This document shows positions 39,130 through 52,229 of a DNA stretch of 64,000 bases, piece after piece. Position numbers and translations under genes: made by a program. The notes under the pieces were generated by a model. The model had not been told where the DNA came from. It saw nothing but the letters and a program-made list of their open reading frames with translations, and searched no databases. The DNA lies in NCBI RefSeq assembly GCF_988242995.1, contig NZ_OZ547043.1; one strand, 5' to 3'. How positions within the stretch are numbered: position 1 is the first letter of the stretch; each line of letters starts with the position of its first letter.

Positions 39130-39357
39130 ATGAAAACCGCAAAAGAGTACAGCGATACCGCAAAACGTGAGGTCAGCGTCGATGTCGATGCCCTGCTGGC
39201 GGCGATCAATGAAATTAGCGAAAGCGAAGTTCATCGCAGCCAGAACGATTCTGAACACGTTAGCGTCGATGGACGTGAATATCATACATGGCGTGAATTG
39301 GCGGATGCCTTCGAACTGGATATTCATGACTTCAGCGTCTCTGAAGTGAATCGTTGA
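39130..39357 (+). CDS. yodD: stress-induced protein YodD
   Basis: ORF track 39115..39357; start moved to MKTAKEYSDTAKRE. Confidence 0.8.
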   Translation: MKTAKEYSDTAKREVSVDVDALLAAINEISESEVHRSQNDSEHVSVDGREYHTWRELADAFELDIHDFSVSEVNR

Positions 39358-39370
39358 ATGCACAATAAAA

Positions 39371-39457
39371 AAATCCCGACCCTGAGGGGGTCGGGATGAA
39401 ACTTGCTTAAGCAAGAAGCACTTAAAAAATTCGTTACACCAGGAAATCTGATGTGTT
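39371..39457 (-). ncRNA. dsrA: DsrA small regulatory RNA (Hfq-dependent; rpoS activator / hns repressor)
   Basis: Reverse complement reads AACACATCAGATTTCCTGGTGTAACGAATTTTTTAAGTGCTTCTTGCTTAAGCAAGTTTCATCCCGACCCCCTCAGGGTCGGGATTT, matching DsrA including its terminator hairpin. Confidence 0.9.
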
Positions 39458-39636
39458 CATCACCTTATCCGCAATTTTTTTCGCTGACAAGAAAATATTC
39501 GCCATATGAATGATTAACGCTACTTATGAATAGAAATGTGACGCACGTCACCCCTTGGTGGCTCTGGCGTCAGCGGGATCGCTCCCGAAAAAATCATCTT
39601 TGATAATTTGTGCTGTTTTGAGAATCATCCTGGTAA

Positions 39637-42176
<2,540 letters not shown>

Positions 42177-42247
42177 CCTGCTTTTTTATGATTCTGGCAT
42201 AACCTGGCGATAGCGTACCGCAAAACAGCGATAATTTTATAATGGTG

Positions 42248-42376
42248 GCATGATAAGACGCGACAGACATCGATAGTTTTATAACGTAGGCATGATAAGA
42301 CGCGATAGCGTCGCATCAGGCAATTCAGTGCAGACACTGGCACACCCGACCGGATGCGACGTGAGCGCCACATCCG
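42248..42376. repeat. REP/palindromic-unit cluster (two ggcatgataagacgcg copies plus a 15-bp perfect inverted repeat)
   Basis: Direct repeats at 42248-42263 and 42290-42305; palindrome acacccgaccggatg...catccggtcgggtgt at 42340-42376. Confidence 0.6.
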
Positions 42377-42398
42377 GTCGGGTGTTAATGATACCCTT

Positions 42399-42581
42399 TC
42401 AAACTTCTTCCGCAGGACGACTTCCCTCCCCCGGAACAAGCTCGGTTTCATGAAAAGCTTCCCGCTTGACCCCGTAACCGTCATACCAACGACACTCAAC
42501 CATACCGCTGGAGTATCCGGTGACAATCATCCGCGGGCCGCCCTCTTTAACCGTAACTTCCTCACTAACCATAAAGCTCAT
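42399..42581 (-). CDS. yodC: DUF2158 protein YodC
   Basis: 60-aa ORF recognised as YodC. Confidence 0.8.
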   Translation of the reverse strand: MSFMVSEEVTVKEGGPRMIVTGYSSGMVECRWYDGYGVKREAFHETELVPGEGSRPAEEV

Positions 42582-42659
42582 ACTCGCCTCCTTTTTTCGA
42601 GTGAAACTTGTTCACCTTAGTTGAAGATGGCGAATTTTGCATAATAGCCTGTGCGAGTA

Positions 42660-43577
42660 TTAATGTGCCTGACCGCGTATTTTCGCTACGGCTTTCACTC
42701 CCAGCACCACGATGCCGCCGATGATAAATCCAAGAATCAGATTTAAAACAGTCGGTAATATCATCGCCACCACTGCACTTTGCTGCCCGGCGAAATGTTC
42801 AATGGCGTGATGCAGCGGCGCAATACCATGTACCACAATCCCGCCGCCGACGAGGAACATCGCCAGCGTGCCGACAATCGATAACGCTTTCATCAGCCAG
42901 GGCGCGATAATCAATAATCCTTTACCTAATGCCTGCATCAGCGCGCTGGATTTTTCCGCCAGCCAATACCCCAGGTCATCAATCTTAACGATAACCCCTA
43001 CCAGACCGTAGACGCCCACGGTCACTACCAGCGCGATGCCTGAAAGCACCAGCACCTGATTAAGCAACGGCGCTTCGGCCACAATCCCCAGCGTGATGGC
43101 GACGATTTCCGCAGACAATATAAAATCGGTACGAATCGCCCCTTTTATTTTGTCCTTTTCAAACTTCAGCGGATCCTGCGCCGCCAGCTTCTCCAGACGC
43201 TGCTGACTCTGCGCCGGATCTTCTTTATGTTTACGCGCCTCCAGCATATGCAGCACTTTCTCTCCCCCTTCAAAGCAGAGAAACGCGCCGCCAATCATCA
43301 ACAGTGGCGTAATCGCCCACGGGATAAACGCACTGATGATCAGCGCCAGCGGCACCAGAATCACTTTATTGATCAGCGATCCTTTCGCCACGCCCCAGAC
43401 CACGGGAAGTTCCCGGTTGGCCCGCACGCCTGAAACTTGTTGCGCATTGAGCGATAAGTCATCCCCTAATACACCGGCGGTTTTCTTCGCCGCCAGTTTG
43501 CCCATCACGGAGATATCGTCCAGTAGAGTGGCGATATCATCGAGCAACGTCAGTAAACTACTCCCGGCCAAAAGCAT
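42660..43577 (-). CDS. yedI: DUF808 inner-membrane protein YedI
   Basis: 305-aa membrane ORF recognised as YedI. Confidence 0.85.
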   Translation of the reverse strand: MLLAGSSLLTLLDDIATLLDDISVMGKLAAKKTAGVLGDDLSLNAQQVSGVRANRELPVVWGVAKGSLINKVILVPLALIISAFIPWAITPLLMIGGAFLCFEGGEKVLHMLEARKHKEDPAQSQQRLEKLAAQDPLKFEKDKIKGAIRTDFILSAEIVAITLGIVAEAPLLNQVLVLSGIALVVTVGVYGLVGVIVKIDDLGYWLAEKSSALMQALGKGLLIIAPWLMKALSIVGTLAMFLVGGGIVVHGIAPLHHAIEHFAGQQSAVVAMILPTVLNLILGFIIGGIVVLGVKAVAKIRGQAH

Positions 43578-43749
43578 TCCCTCTCATTTTTATTGTTGAA
43601 GGGTGTAAGTATGAAGCAAAAACGGCAGCTCTGATACTTGCTTCACAGGTCAACATTTTTTTAACAATCAAGTGCAATTATATCTCTCGCCAGCAGAATG
43701 ATTTTCACGTTTACTATGAACCACCTTTTTATTTCCACCGTGAGGGATT

Positions 43750-44670
43750 ATGCGTTTCCGCCAGTTGTTACCGCTTTTTGGCGCGCTGTTTGCGTTGTAT
43801 ATCATTTGGGGCTCAACCTATTTTGTCATTCGGATTGGCGTGGAAAGCTGGCCTCCGTTAATGATGGCAGGCGTTCGATTCCTGGCAGCCGGTATTTTAT
43901 TGATGGCATTTTTGCTACTGCGCGGACACAAACTCCCCCCGCTACGTCCGCTGCTCAATGCCGCGCTGATTGGCCTGTTATTGCTGGCTGTCGGTAATGG
44001 CATGGTGACGGTTGCCGAACATCAAAATGTTCCTTCCGGCATCGCCGCCGTAGTGGTTGCAACCGTGCCCCTCTTTACCCTGTGCTTCAGCCGCCTGTTT
44101 GGCATTAAAACGCGCAAACTGGAATGGGTGGGTATTGCCATTGGGCTTGCCGGAATCATCATGCTCAATAGCGGTGGAAATTTAAGCGGCAATCCGTGGG
44201 GCGCGATTCTGATTTTAATCGGCTCGATTAGCTGGGCGTTTGGCTCGGTTTATGGCTCGCGCATTACCTTACCTGTAGGGATGATGGCGGGTGCGATTGA
44301 GATGCTGGCGGCAGGCGTGGTGTTAATGATCGCGTCGATGATTGCAGGTGAAAAACTGACGGCACTCCCTTCCCTTTCAGGCTTCCTTGCGGTCGGCTAT
44401 CTGGCGCTGTTTGGTTCGATTATCGCCATTAACGCTTATATGTATTTAATCCGCAACGTCAGTCCGGCTCTCGCCACCAGCTACGCCTACGTTAACCCGG
44501 TGGTCGCGGTCTTGCTGGGTACGGGACTGGGCGGAGAAACGCTGTCGAAGATTGAATGGCTGGCGCTCGGCGTAATTGTCTTCGCGGTGGTACTGGTCAC
44601 GTTGGGAAAATATCTCTTCCCGGCAAACCCCGTAGTTGCGCCAGTTATTCAGGACGCATCAAGCGAGTAA
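43750..44670 (+). CDS. yedA: EamA/DMT-family transporter YedA
   Basis: 306-aa 10-TM ORF recognised as YedA. Confidence 0.85.
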   Translation: MRFRQLLPLFGALFALYIIWGSTYFVIRIGVESWPPLMMAGVRFLAAGILLMAFLLLRGHKLPPLRPLLNAALIGLLLLAVGNGMVTVAEHQNVPSGIAAVVVATVPLFTLCFSRLFGIKTRKLEWVGIAIGLAGIIMLNSGGNLSGNPWGAILILIGSISWAFGSVYGSRITLPVGMMAGAIEMLAAGVVLMIASMIAGEKLTALPSLSGFLAVGYLALFGSIIAINAYMYLIRNVSPALATSYAYVNPVVAVLLGTGLGGETLSKIEWLALGVIVFAVVLVTLGKYLFPANPVVAPVIQDASSE

Positions 44671-45129
44671 ATGAATCCCCTGCGTGTCGATCTGCGCGCT
44701 GGCACCTTCGCCGCAGATCCACTCTTCCAGACGCTCGCTAAGCGCTTCATCCGTCAGCTTCTCGCGCCCACGTAATGCACACTCCCAGACAATCAATACG
44801 CGCCAGCCGAGTTCCTGCAAACGACTGATATCGCGGCGATCGCGTTCAACATTTTTACCTATCTTCTCCAGCCAGAACTCGGTTCGAGTCGCAGGCACTT
44901 TAAACAGATAGCAGTGATGATGATGCCAGAAGCAGCCGTGGGTAAATATCACGCAGCGATATTCATCAACGACAAAATCCGGGCGTCCGGGCAGACTGGC
45001 GTCCTGAACGCGAAATGCCAGGCCCTGCCCGGTTAACAGACTGGCGAGGCGCTTCTCTATCGCCGTATCACGCGTGGCAATCGCGCGCATATTTTTGCTG
45101 CGAGTGGCCTTATCGTGAACGTCGGCCAT
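44659..45129 (-). CDS. vsr: very-short-patch repair endonuclease
   Basis: ORF track 44659..45291; start moved to [22 protein letters not shown]; overlaps the dcm 3' end. Confidence 0.9.
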   Translation of the reverse strand: MADVHDKATRSKNMRAIATRDTAIEKRLASLLTGQGLAFRVQDASLPGRPDFVVDEYRCVIFTHGCFWHHHHCYLFKVPATRTEFWLEKIGKNVERDRRDISRLQELGWRVLIVWECALRGREKLTDEALSERLEEWICGEGASAQIDTQGIHLLA

Positions 45130-46528
45130 GTTGTGCCTCTTGCTGACGCAACGCCACCGCCTGTTTGATTTTTGGCTCAAGCAGTTTTGCCACCGCGGCA
45201 AAGACCGGCACGACCACCGAGTTACCGAACTGGCGATAGGCCTGAGTGTCCGAAACCGGAATGCGGAATTTCGCTTCTCCCGGCGCTTCAAAACCCATTA
45301 AGCGCGCGCATTCCCGAGGCGTTAACCGACGTGGACGATGTTGCTGATTCAGCGGATCGTCAAAGTCTTTCTCACCCGTGGCCATATCCCAGCCGCGATC
45401 GATTAAAATTTCCGCGCCATCTTTGTAATAACGCGCAGACAGCGTACGCGTGACGCTTCGCGGATTGTTAGGATAGACCATTCCATAACCGAAGCCGTTA
45501 CCGCGCGCCTGATGTTTTTTCGCATAACGATAGAGGTACTTCCACAGCACCGGCGTCAGGATATATTTCGCCTCGACCATCGGGTCCAGCAGCTGCGCCA
45601 GCGTCACTCGCTGTGCAGGGAAACATTCGCTGATATCACGCAGAGTAAAATCGGCTTTCAGATTAAGATCGCGACGAAAACCCACCAGCACGATGCGTTC
45701 ACGGTGCTGCGGCAGAAAATGTTTACCATCGATGATTTTCGGATCGTCCGGCCCGTTATCTTCTGCATCAGCCACGTCATAGCCCAGTTCGTCCAGCGTC
45801 TGCATGATGATGCGGAACGTTTTACCCTGGTCGTGGCTTTTCAGGTTTTTGACGTTTTCGAGCACAAACATCGCCGGACGACGCGCGTCGATAATGCGCA
45901 CCACATCAAAGAACAGCGTGCCCTGAGTATCGCAGGCAAAACCGTGCGCCCGCCCGAGCGAGTTCTTTTTCGATACGCCAGCCAGCGAAAATGGCTGACA
46001 AGGGAAACCGGCCAGTAAAACATCGTGTTCAGGAATGTGTTTACGAATATGTTCCGCCGCCGCCTCATCACTCACGCCTTCTTTATGGCTGAGGGTGATG
46101 TCGCGGATATCTTCATTAAAATGATGCGTCGCCGGGTCGCAATAATGATTGGCTTTATAAGTGCGTACCGCATGTTTGTTCCATTCGCTGGTAAACACGC
46201 ATTGTCCGCCAATCGATTCAAAACCGCGACGGATGCCGCCAATTCCGGCAAATAGATCGATAAAGCGAAACGCATAATGCGGATGATGTGCCGGTGGTTT
46301 GGGTAACAACGTTTGCAGATGGGCGAACTCTTTCTCACTTAAACGGTGCCATGCCGAGTCATTCGCCAGCGCACGTTTTAAAATTGCCGCGCTCCAGTGA
46401 TTCTCACCCACACCATTAAGCTGCGCCACCAGCGTTTTAACATCATAAATTTGCAGCAGTTTCTCCAGCATTGCCTGTGCGGCATTCCCGGTGCTGTATG
46501 AATCGGTTACTGATATATTTTCCTGCAT
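45110..46528 (-). CDS. dcm: DNA cytosine-5 methyltransferase (CCWGG)
   Basis: 472-aa ORF with C5-MTase motifs (FAGIGG, PCQPFS, ENV); recognised Dcm. Confidence 0.95.
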   Translation of the reverse strand: MQENISVTDSYSTGNAAQAMLEKLLQIYDVKTLVAQLNGVGENHWSAAILKRALANDSAWHRLSEKEFAHLQTLLPKPPAHHPHYAFRFIDLFAGIGGIRRGFESIGGQCVFTSEWNKHAVRTYKANHYCDPATHHFNEDIRDITLSHKEGVSDEAAAEHIRKHIPEHDVLLAGFPCQPFSLAGVSKKNSLGRAHGFACDTQGTLFFDVVRIIDARRPAMFVLENVKNLKSHDQGKTFRIIMQTLDELGYDVADAEDNGPDDPKIIDGKHFLPQHRERIVLVGFRRDLNLKADFTLRDISECFPAQRVTLAQLLDPMVEAKYILTPVLWKYLYRYAKKHQARGNGFGYGMVYPNNPRSVTRTLSARYYKDGAEILIDRGWDMATGEKDFDDPLNQQHRPRRLTPRECARLMGFEAPGEAKFRIPVSDTQAYRQFGNSVVVPVFAAVAKLLEPKIKQAVALRQQEAQHGRRSR

Positions 46529-46594
46529 AGATTTAACCGGCCATCTGAGATGGCCGACAGGTTAACATAATTACAGCCATTTAGGGCCACGCGC

Positions 46595-47290
46595 TTATCC
46601 CGCGGGTGAAAACGCATCTATCACCTTGTGATCGACACCTTCATTCTCCCCCGCCAGTTCGGCACTGAGCTTCGCCATAAACTCGACTAAAAAATGCGCG
46701 TTGTGCTGCGCCAGCTGCTTGCCTCTTGCGGTTTGCATGGTTTGCGGTAGCTTCAGCAACTTAGTCTGGAAATGATCCAGCGCGTAGCGTTTATCATCAA
46801 GCGGGCGATGCTGTGCGAACGGATCTTCACCATCAAACAGCGCCACGCCCAATGCCCCTGAAACGGCAAACACGCGCGCCAGGCCAATCGCCCCCAGGGC
46901 TTCCAGCCGATCCGCATCCTGGACGATTTTAGCTTCCGTTGTTAAGGGGGCGATTTGCGCGCTGAAACTGTGAGCGGCAATGGCATGACAAACGGCCTCG
47001 ATTTTCTCCGCCGGAAATTGCTCGAACTCTTCACGGAGCAGGCGACGCGTCTCTTCTGCCGCCAGGATTGAAGAACGCTGCCTTTGCGGATGATTTTTCG
47101 CCAGGCTCACAATATCGTGAAAATAACAGGCGGTTAAAATCACCAGCATATCGACATCGTCATCTGCCGCCAGCTTCTGTGCCGTAGCCCAGACGCGGCG
47201 AAAATGACACACGTCATGGGCCGCGTCCTGGTGCTGATGATGGTTTTTCAACCAATTTTCGAACTGTGCCTGCCAGTGTTGTAAGTCCAT
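46595..47290 (-). CDS. yedJ: HD-domain phosphohydrolase YedJ
   Basis: 231-aa ORF with HD motif. Confidence 0.85.
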   Translation of the reverse strand: MDLQHWQAQFENWLKNHHQHQDAAHDVCHFRRVWATAQKLAADDDVDMLVILTACYFHDIVSLAKNHPQRQRSSILAAEETRRLLREEFEQFPAEKIEAVCHAIAAHSFSAQIAPLTTEAKIVQDADRLEALGAIGLARVFAVSGALGVALFDGEDPFAQHRPLDDKRYALDHFQTKLLKLPQTMQTARGKQLAQHNAHFLVEFMAKLSAELAGENEGVDHKVIDAFSPAG

Positions 47291-47329
47291 ACGCGCTCCG
47301 TTGCCAAAGAGCCGCCACCTTAGCAGTTT

Positions 47330-47713
47330 TTATTCATAGCGTCTGCTACGTGCGGGACGAGGTCGGGTGTACCAGGCAATGCTGCCTAACAATGCCCCGA
47401 CCAGAGCCATAAATAAAAATCCGACCAGTGCCCCTAACCACTTTCCCGCGGTAGAGCCTAAATCGCTTTCAAATCCCGACACGGGGGCATCGGGGATCCG
47501 GCTCATCACCCAGATGTAACGCGCCATTGCCCAGACGAAATAGCCACACCATGTATAGAAAGCCCACAAAGCCAGTTTGCCGCCAGGGCTGCGAGAGAGT
47601 CTCTCTTCCATCTTTGTCGAACCGTATTCCATTTTGAGATAACCCGGAAAATTCAGACTTAGTACTATTATGTGATAAAAGTCACATTTTTCCACATTGG
47701 ATGAGCCAGTCAA
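47330..47713 (-). CDS. yedR: inner-membrane protein YedR (start codon uncertain)
   Basis: 127-aa ORF containing the recognised YedR sequence ...MEERLSRSPGGKLALWAFYTWCGYFVWAMARY... Confidence 0.7.
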   Translation of the reverse strand: MTGSSNVEKCDFYHIIVLSLNFPGYLKMEYGSTKMEERLSRSPGGKLALWAFYTWCGYFVWAMARYIWVMSRIPDAPVSGFESDLGSTAGKWLGALVGFLFMALVGALLGSIAWYTRPRPARSRRYE

Positions 47714-47861
47714 GACTCACTCATTTTTTGAACAAATAGATAATTTTTGCGCAACGGCAGTGAATACAGGAAAAATCGTTTTGAGCGATTTTATTTATCT
47801 TTGATATCGGCTTTATTAATTCATTTAATCAATATATTAGCACTGATTACAATTATACCTT

Positions 47862-47949
47862 TTTATTATTCTGTGTCATGATGCTTACGTTATTAGCCTT
47901 TTATCGTCTTGTTTATATTTTTTGGGCCGGCATGATGCCGGCTTTTTTT
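47862..47949 (+). ncRNA. rseX: candidate RseX-like small RNA (5' end approximate)
   Basis: Intrinsic terminator gccggcat/gatgccggc plus T7 run at 47926-47949 with no ORF upstream; I recall RseX mapping between yedR and the yedS porin in K-12 (position and strand from memory, not verified). Confidence 0.35.
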
Positions 47950-48260
47950 ATACCTTCATTAATGTGCGCGTGATCACACCAAGTGTTTAGCGCAACAATC
48001 ATTGATACTCCCTATCTTTCCGCTTAACTCATAACATATTGATATACATTTATAATTTTCATGAATATTTATATTTGGAATTCATAATTCTGAATTATAT
48101 TAAATAGATTAGAAACATTTTGAAATCTTTTAAATACATTTGTTACATGTAATCCTTAAAATAAAATGAACTTCATAGAATAGTATCCAAATGTGCTTTT
48201 TTTTGGATAACGGCACTTATTGATATATTCATGAAGATTATAATCACAAGGGAATACATA

Positions 48261-49319
48261 ATGAAAAGAAAAGTTCTGGCAATGCTGGTCCCGGCGTTAT
48301 TAGTTGCTGGCGCAGCAAATGCGGCTGAAATTTATAATAAAAATGGCAATAAACTGGATTTGTACGGCAAGATGGTTGGTGAGCGCATTCTGACCGACCG
48401 TGAAAATGGTGAAAAAGGCGATAATTCTCAAGATACCTCTTATGCCCGTGTAGGCGTGAAAGGTGAAACTCAGATCAACCCTGAATTGACTGGTTACGGT
48501 CAGTTTGAACTAGACCTGGAAGCATCAAACAGACACAACCCTGACCAAACTCGTTTGGCTTATGCTGGTTTGAGTTACAAAGATTTTGGTTCATTCGACT
48601 ATGGTCGTAATGTCGGTGTCGCGTATGATGCAGAAGCATTTACTGATATGTTTGTTGAGTGGGGCGGTGATTCATGGGCTGGTACTGACCTGTTCATGAC
48701 CAACCGTACCAACGGTGTTGCAACCTATCGTAACACAGATTTCTTTGGCATGGTTGAAGGTCTAAATTTTGCTCTGCAATATCAGGGTAAAAATGAAGGT
48801 ACAGGCAACTACAAAGCAAATGGCGATGGCCATGGTTTATCTGTAACTTACACTATTGACGGTTTCTCATTTGCTGGTGCTTACGCAAACTCTGATCGTA
48901 CTGATTTCCAGTCTAGTGATAGTAAAGGTGAAAAAGCAGAAGTTTGGGCACTGTCAACAAAATATGATGCCAACAACGTCTATGCTGCTGTGATGTACGG
49001 TGAATCTCACAACATGAATTCCGACGACGGTGATGTTGTGAACAAAACACAAAACTTCGAAGCTGTTCTGCAATATCAGTTCGACTTCGGTCTGCGTCCA
49101 TCCATCGGTTACTCCTATTCTAAAGCACTGGACGTAGCAGGTTACAAAGATTCTGATCGTCTGAACTACATTGAAATCGGTACCTGGTATTACTTCAATA
49201 AGAACATGAACGTATATACCGCTTATCAGATCAACCTGCTTGATAAGAGTGATTATGTTCTCGCTCATGGACTGAACACCGACGACCAACTCGCATTTGG
49301 TATCGTCTACCAGTTCTAA
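48261..49319 (+). CDS. yedS: general outer-membrane porin, OmpC/OmpF/PhoE family (yedS-type), apparently intact
   Basis: ORF track 48231..49319; start moved to MKRKVLAMLVPALLVAGAANA signal peptide; ends with the porin C-terminal ...VYQF; single uninterrupted 352-aa frame. Confidence 0.85.
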   Translation: MKRKVLAMLVPALLVAGAANAAEIYNKNGNKLDLYGKMVGERILTDRENGEKGDNSQDTSYARVGVKGETQINPELTGYGQFELDLEASNRHNPDQTRLAYAGLSYKDFGSFDYGRNVGVAYDAEAFTDMFVEWGGDSWAGTDLFMTNRTNGVATYRNTDFFGMVEGLNFALQYQGKNEGTGNYKANGDGHGLSVTYTIDGFSFAGAYANSDRTDFQSSDSKGEKAEVWALSTKYDANNVYAAVMYGESHNMNSDDGDVVNKTQNFEAVLQYQFDFGLRPSIGYSYSKALDVAGYKDSDRLNYIEIGTWYYFNKNMNVYTAYQINLLDKSDYVLAHGLNTDDQLAFGIVYQF

Positions 49320-49362
49320 TCAGCCAACGCGCCGCGGCGTGTTACTGTAAAACTTAACACTA

Positions 49363-49398
49363 GCCTGAGTTCGTCCCTCATCGAACTCAGGCTTTTTT
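49363..49398 (+). terminator. rho-independent terminator of the porin gene
   Basis: gcctgagttcg...cgaactcaggc followed by tttttt. Confidence 0.6.
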
Positions 49399-49911
49399 AT
49401 TGGCATTTTATCTCCCTCTGCGGCACGCGCAATTGCCAAAGCATATCGATACAGTACCTTACCCTGCCCCTGCTGGCACAATAACATCTACCAGCGACTC
49501 ATCCAGCCAACACTCCAAATACATTTCTTTATGAATTAACCCGCAACAAACACGCCTCCCATATAGAAATTTTTGCAAAAAAAGTGCATGGAAAAAGCTT
49601 TTTCTCTACCAATCCGCGATATAAATATTCATCAGTACCACAATATTTCACAGCACTAAATCTCTCCCCGCCGCCCCGTACCTTTGATAATGGTCTAAAA
49701 TCATTGAGGCCACTTGCGACGACGTTGCTCAATAAGGAAAATTTGGCGTGAATAATATTCAACACCAGTGCAGCATCATCATTACATACTTACACCCGCC
49801 GACTACCGCTTTCGATATATTGACTCAATTTTCCAGACTGGTTAAAAATAGCGACCAGCTCAGTCGCAAATATAGTGACTACCCTAACTAAGCAACAATA
49901 AGGAATACACT

Positions 49912-50763
49912 ATGACTGTTCAAACAAGTAAAAATCCGCAGGTCGATATTGCTGAAGATAATGCATTCTTCCCTTCAGAATATTCGCTTAGCCAATATAC
50001 CAGTCCCGTCTCTGATCTTGATGGCGTGGACTATCCAAAACCGTATCGCGGTAAGCATAAAATTCTGGTGATCGCCGCGGACGAACGTTATTTGCCAACC
50101 GATAACGGAAAACTGTTCTCGACCGGTAACCATCCGATTGAAACGTTGCTGCCGTTGTATCATCTCCATGCTGCAGGTTTCGAATTCGAAGTGGCGACCA
50201 TTTCCGGTCTGATGACCAAGTTTGAATACTGGGCTATGCCGCACAAAGATGAAAAAGTAATGCCATTCTTTGAGCAGCATAAATCGTTGTTCCGCAATCC
50301 GAAGAAACTCGCGGATGTTGTCGCCAGCCTCAACGCTGACAGCGAATATGCAGCAATCTTTGTTCCTGGTGGTCATGGCGCACTTATTGGTTTACCAGAA
50401 AGCCAGGACGTAGCTGCTGCTTTGCAGTGGGCAATCAAAAATGACCGTTTTGTTATCTCCCTTTGCCACGGCCCGGCGGCTTTTCTGGCGCTTCGCCACG
50501 GCGATAACCCACTGAATGGTTATTCCATTTGCGCATTCCCAGACGCCGCAGACAAACAAACGCCAGAGATAGGCTATATGCCGGGTCATCTCACCTGGTA
50601 CTTCGGCGAAGAGCTGAAGAAAATGGGCATGAACATTATTAATGACGACATCACCGGGCGAGTACATAAGGACCGTAAAGTTCTCACCGGCGACAGTCCT
50701 TTCGCAGCGAATGCGTTGGGTAAACTGGCGGCGCAGGAAATGCTGGCAGCTTATGCGGGTTAA
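49912..50763 (+). CDS. hchA: Hsp31 glyoxalase / protein deglycase
   Basis: 283-aa DJ-1/PfpI-family ORF recognised as HchA. Confidence 0.95.
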   Translation: MTVQTSKNPQVDIAEDNAFFPSEYSLSQYTSPVSDLDGVDYPKPYRGKHKILVIAADERYLPTDNGKLFSTGNHPIETLLPLYHLHAAGFEFEVATISGLMTKFEYWAMPHKDEKVMPFFEQHKSLFRNPKKLADVVASLNADSEYAAIFVPGGHGALIGLPESQDVAAALQWAIKNDRFVISLCHGPAAFLALRHGDNPLNGYSICAFPDAADKQTPEIGYMPGHLTWYFGEELKKMGMNIINDDITGRVHKDRKVLTGDSPFAANALGKLAAQEMLAAYAG

Positions 50764-50799
50764 TCCCTGTTACGTATGAATGTAAGCGCATAATCAATC

Positions 50800-50837
50800 G
50801 CAGCCACGTTAATACTCACGACGTGGCTGCGTTTTTT
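50800..50837 (+). terminator. rho-independent terminator after hchA
   Basis: cgcagccacgt...acgtggctgcg followed by tttttt. Confidence 0.55.
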
Positions 50838-50870
50838 CATGGTTGATTTATGGCGTACTGAAGCCCTATG

Positions 50871-52229
50871 TTAATTTCTTTGCGGTAACATAATCCGGAA
50901 CACATTATGCTTATTGAGATAGTGATACGTAGCACTTCCCCCATGTAATTCGGCAATCGCTTTGACTAAAGAAAGACCAAGTCCCTGACCTACGGAATGA
51001 CGCGAATTATCTCCCCGCCAAAATCTACGGAAGAGTTTTTCAGGCTCATGAATTTTCGTTCCAGGACTGGCGACATCAATATTAAGATAGCCGTTGGTAT
51101 CAAGAAAACTGGTTATCTCAATACGCGATTTTTCTGGTGAATATCTAATGGCATTAACAATAAGATTCGATAACATTCGTTGCAGTAAAATTTTATCCGC
51201 AAAGATTTGCTGATTGCACTCGACCTTAAAGCAAATCTCTTTCTCGTCTGAAAGGTATTCAAGATAATCCAACAAATTTTCGACTTCCTTATTGAGAGAA
51301 AGCGAGTCCAGTTTCACCAAAACATTGTTTTTATCTGCCCGGGCAAGAAACAGTATGTTCTCTGTTAACCGCGAAATATTTTCCAGCTCTTCAATGTTAC
51401 CGGCAATTGTTTTTTGATATTCAGCGATACTTCTGGTTTGACTGAGCGTAACCTGATTCTGACCCAGTAATGCATTAATGGGCGTTCTAAGTTCATGAGC
51501 GAGATCGTCAGCAAATTGACTTAGGCGTTCAAAATCTTTGACTAAAGCATGATGCATTTTATTCAACGCCTGCCCAAGAGGTTTTAGTTCTCTCGGTAAT
51601 GCGCTAACCTCAACAGGCTCCCGGCTATCGTTATAATTCAGCGCTTCCGTTACACCACTCAACTTTTTGATCTCTCGTAACCCCGTTCGGATTAACAGCG
51701 GACTTAATACTGAGCACAGTATAATGGCGACAATGCAAATTATAATGCTATTGATTTTATACTGTTCAAGCATGTTATGTCTGGCTGAAGCCAATTTAGC
51801 CACAGTAACCGTTAATGATGGCGAAACTTCATCAATATTAATTCGTAAAGCATCTATCTCTGTATCATTAATAATGCTTCTGTAAATGCCAGCTGCGCTG
51901 ATTGTCTCACTAGCAGGTATGTTATTTAACATGCCATCACTGACATTTGTCCGGTTAACAATTTTATTGATGCTATCACCATGAATGATCAAGATATCCT
52001 GACTAACATCCATCATCCGGTTAAAGTACACAGGTAACGTATCTGGATTTACCCCATCAATTAACAACTGCTTGATCTGTGCTGTCCGGTTAATGAGTGT
52101 TGTATCATCGCGCCATTTCAACTCACTTGCCAGGCCATTATAGAGAGTCCAGACAATTCCAGCACCAGCAACAGACAGTAGCAATATAAAAAGCAAGGTT
52201 AAACGGACGGTTATAGACAATCTTTTCAT
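50871..52229 (-). CDS. hprS: sensor histidine kinase HprS (YedV)
   Basis: 452-aa ORF with TM, HAMP and HisKA/HATPase regions (HELRTP). Confidence 0.9.
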   Translation of the reverse strand: MKRLSITVRLTLLFILLLSVAGAGIVWTLYNGLASELKWRDDTTLINRTAQIKQLLIDGVNPDTLPVYFNRMMDVSQDILIIHGDSINKIVNRTNVSDGMLNNIPASETISAAGIYRSIINDTEIDALRINIDEVSPSLTVTVAKLASARHNMLEQYKINSIIICIVAIILCSVLSPLLIRTGLREIKKLSGVTEALNYNDSREPVEVSALPRELKPLGQALNKMHHALVKDFERLSQFADDLAHELRTPINALLGQNQVTLSQTRSIAEYQKTIAGNIEELENISRLTENILFLARADKNNVLVKLDSLSLNKEVENLLDYLEYLSDEKEICFKVECNQQIFADKILLQRMLSNLIVNAIRYSPEKSRIEITSFLDTNGYLNIDVASPGTKIHEPEKLFRRFWRGDNSRHSVGQGLGLSLVKAIAELHGGSATYHYLNKHNVFRIMLPQRN

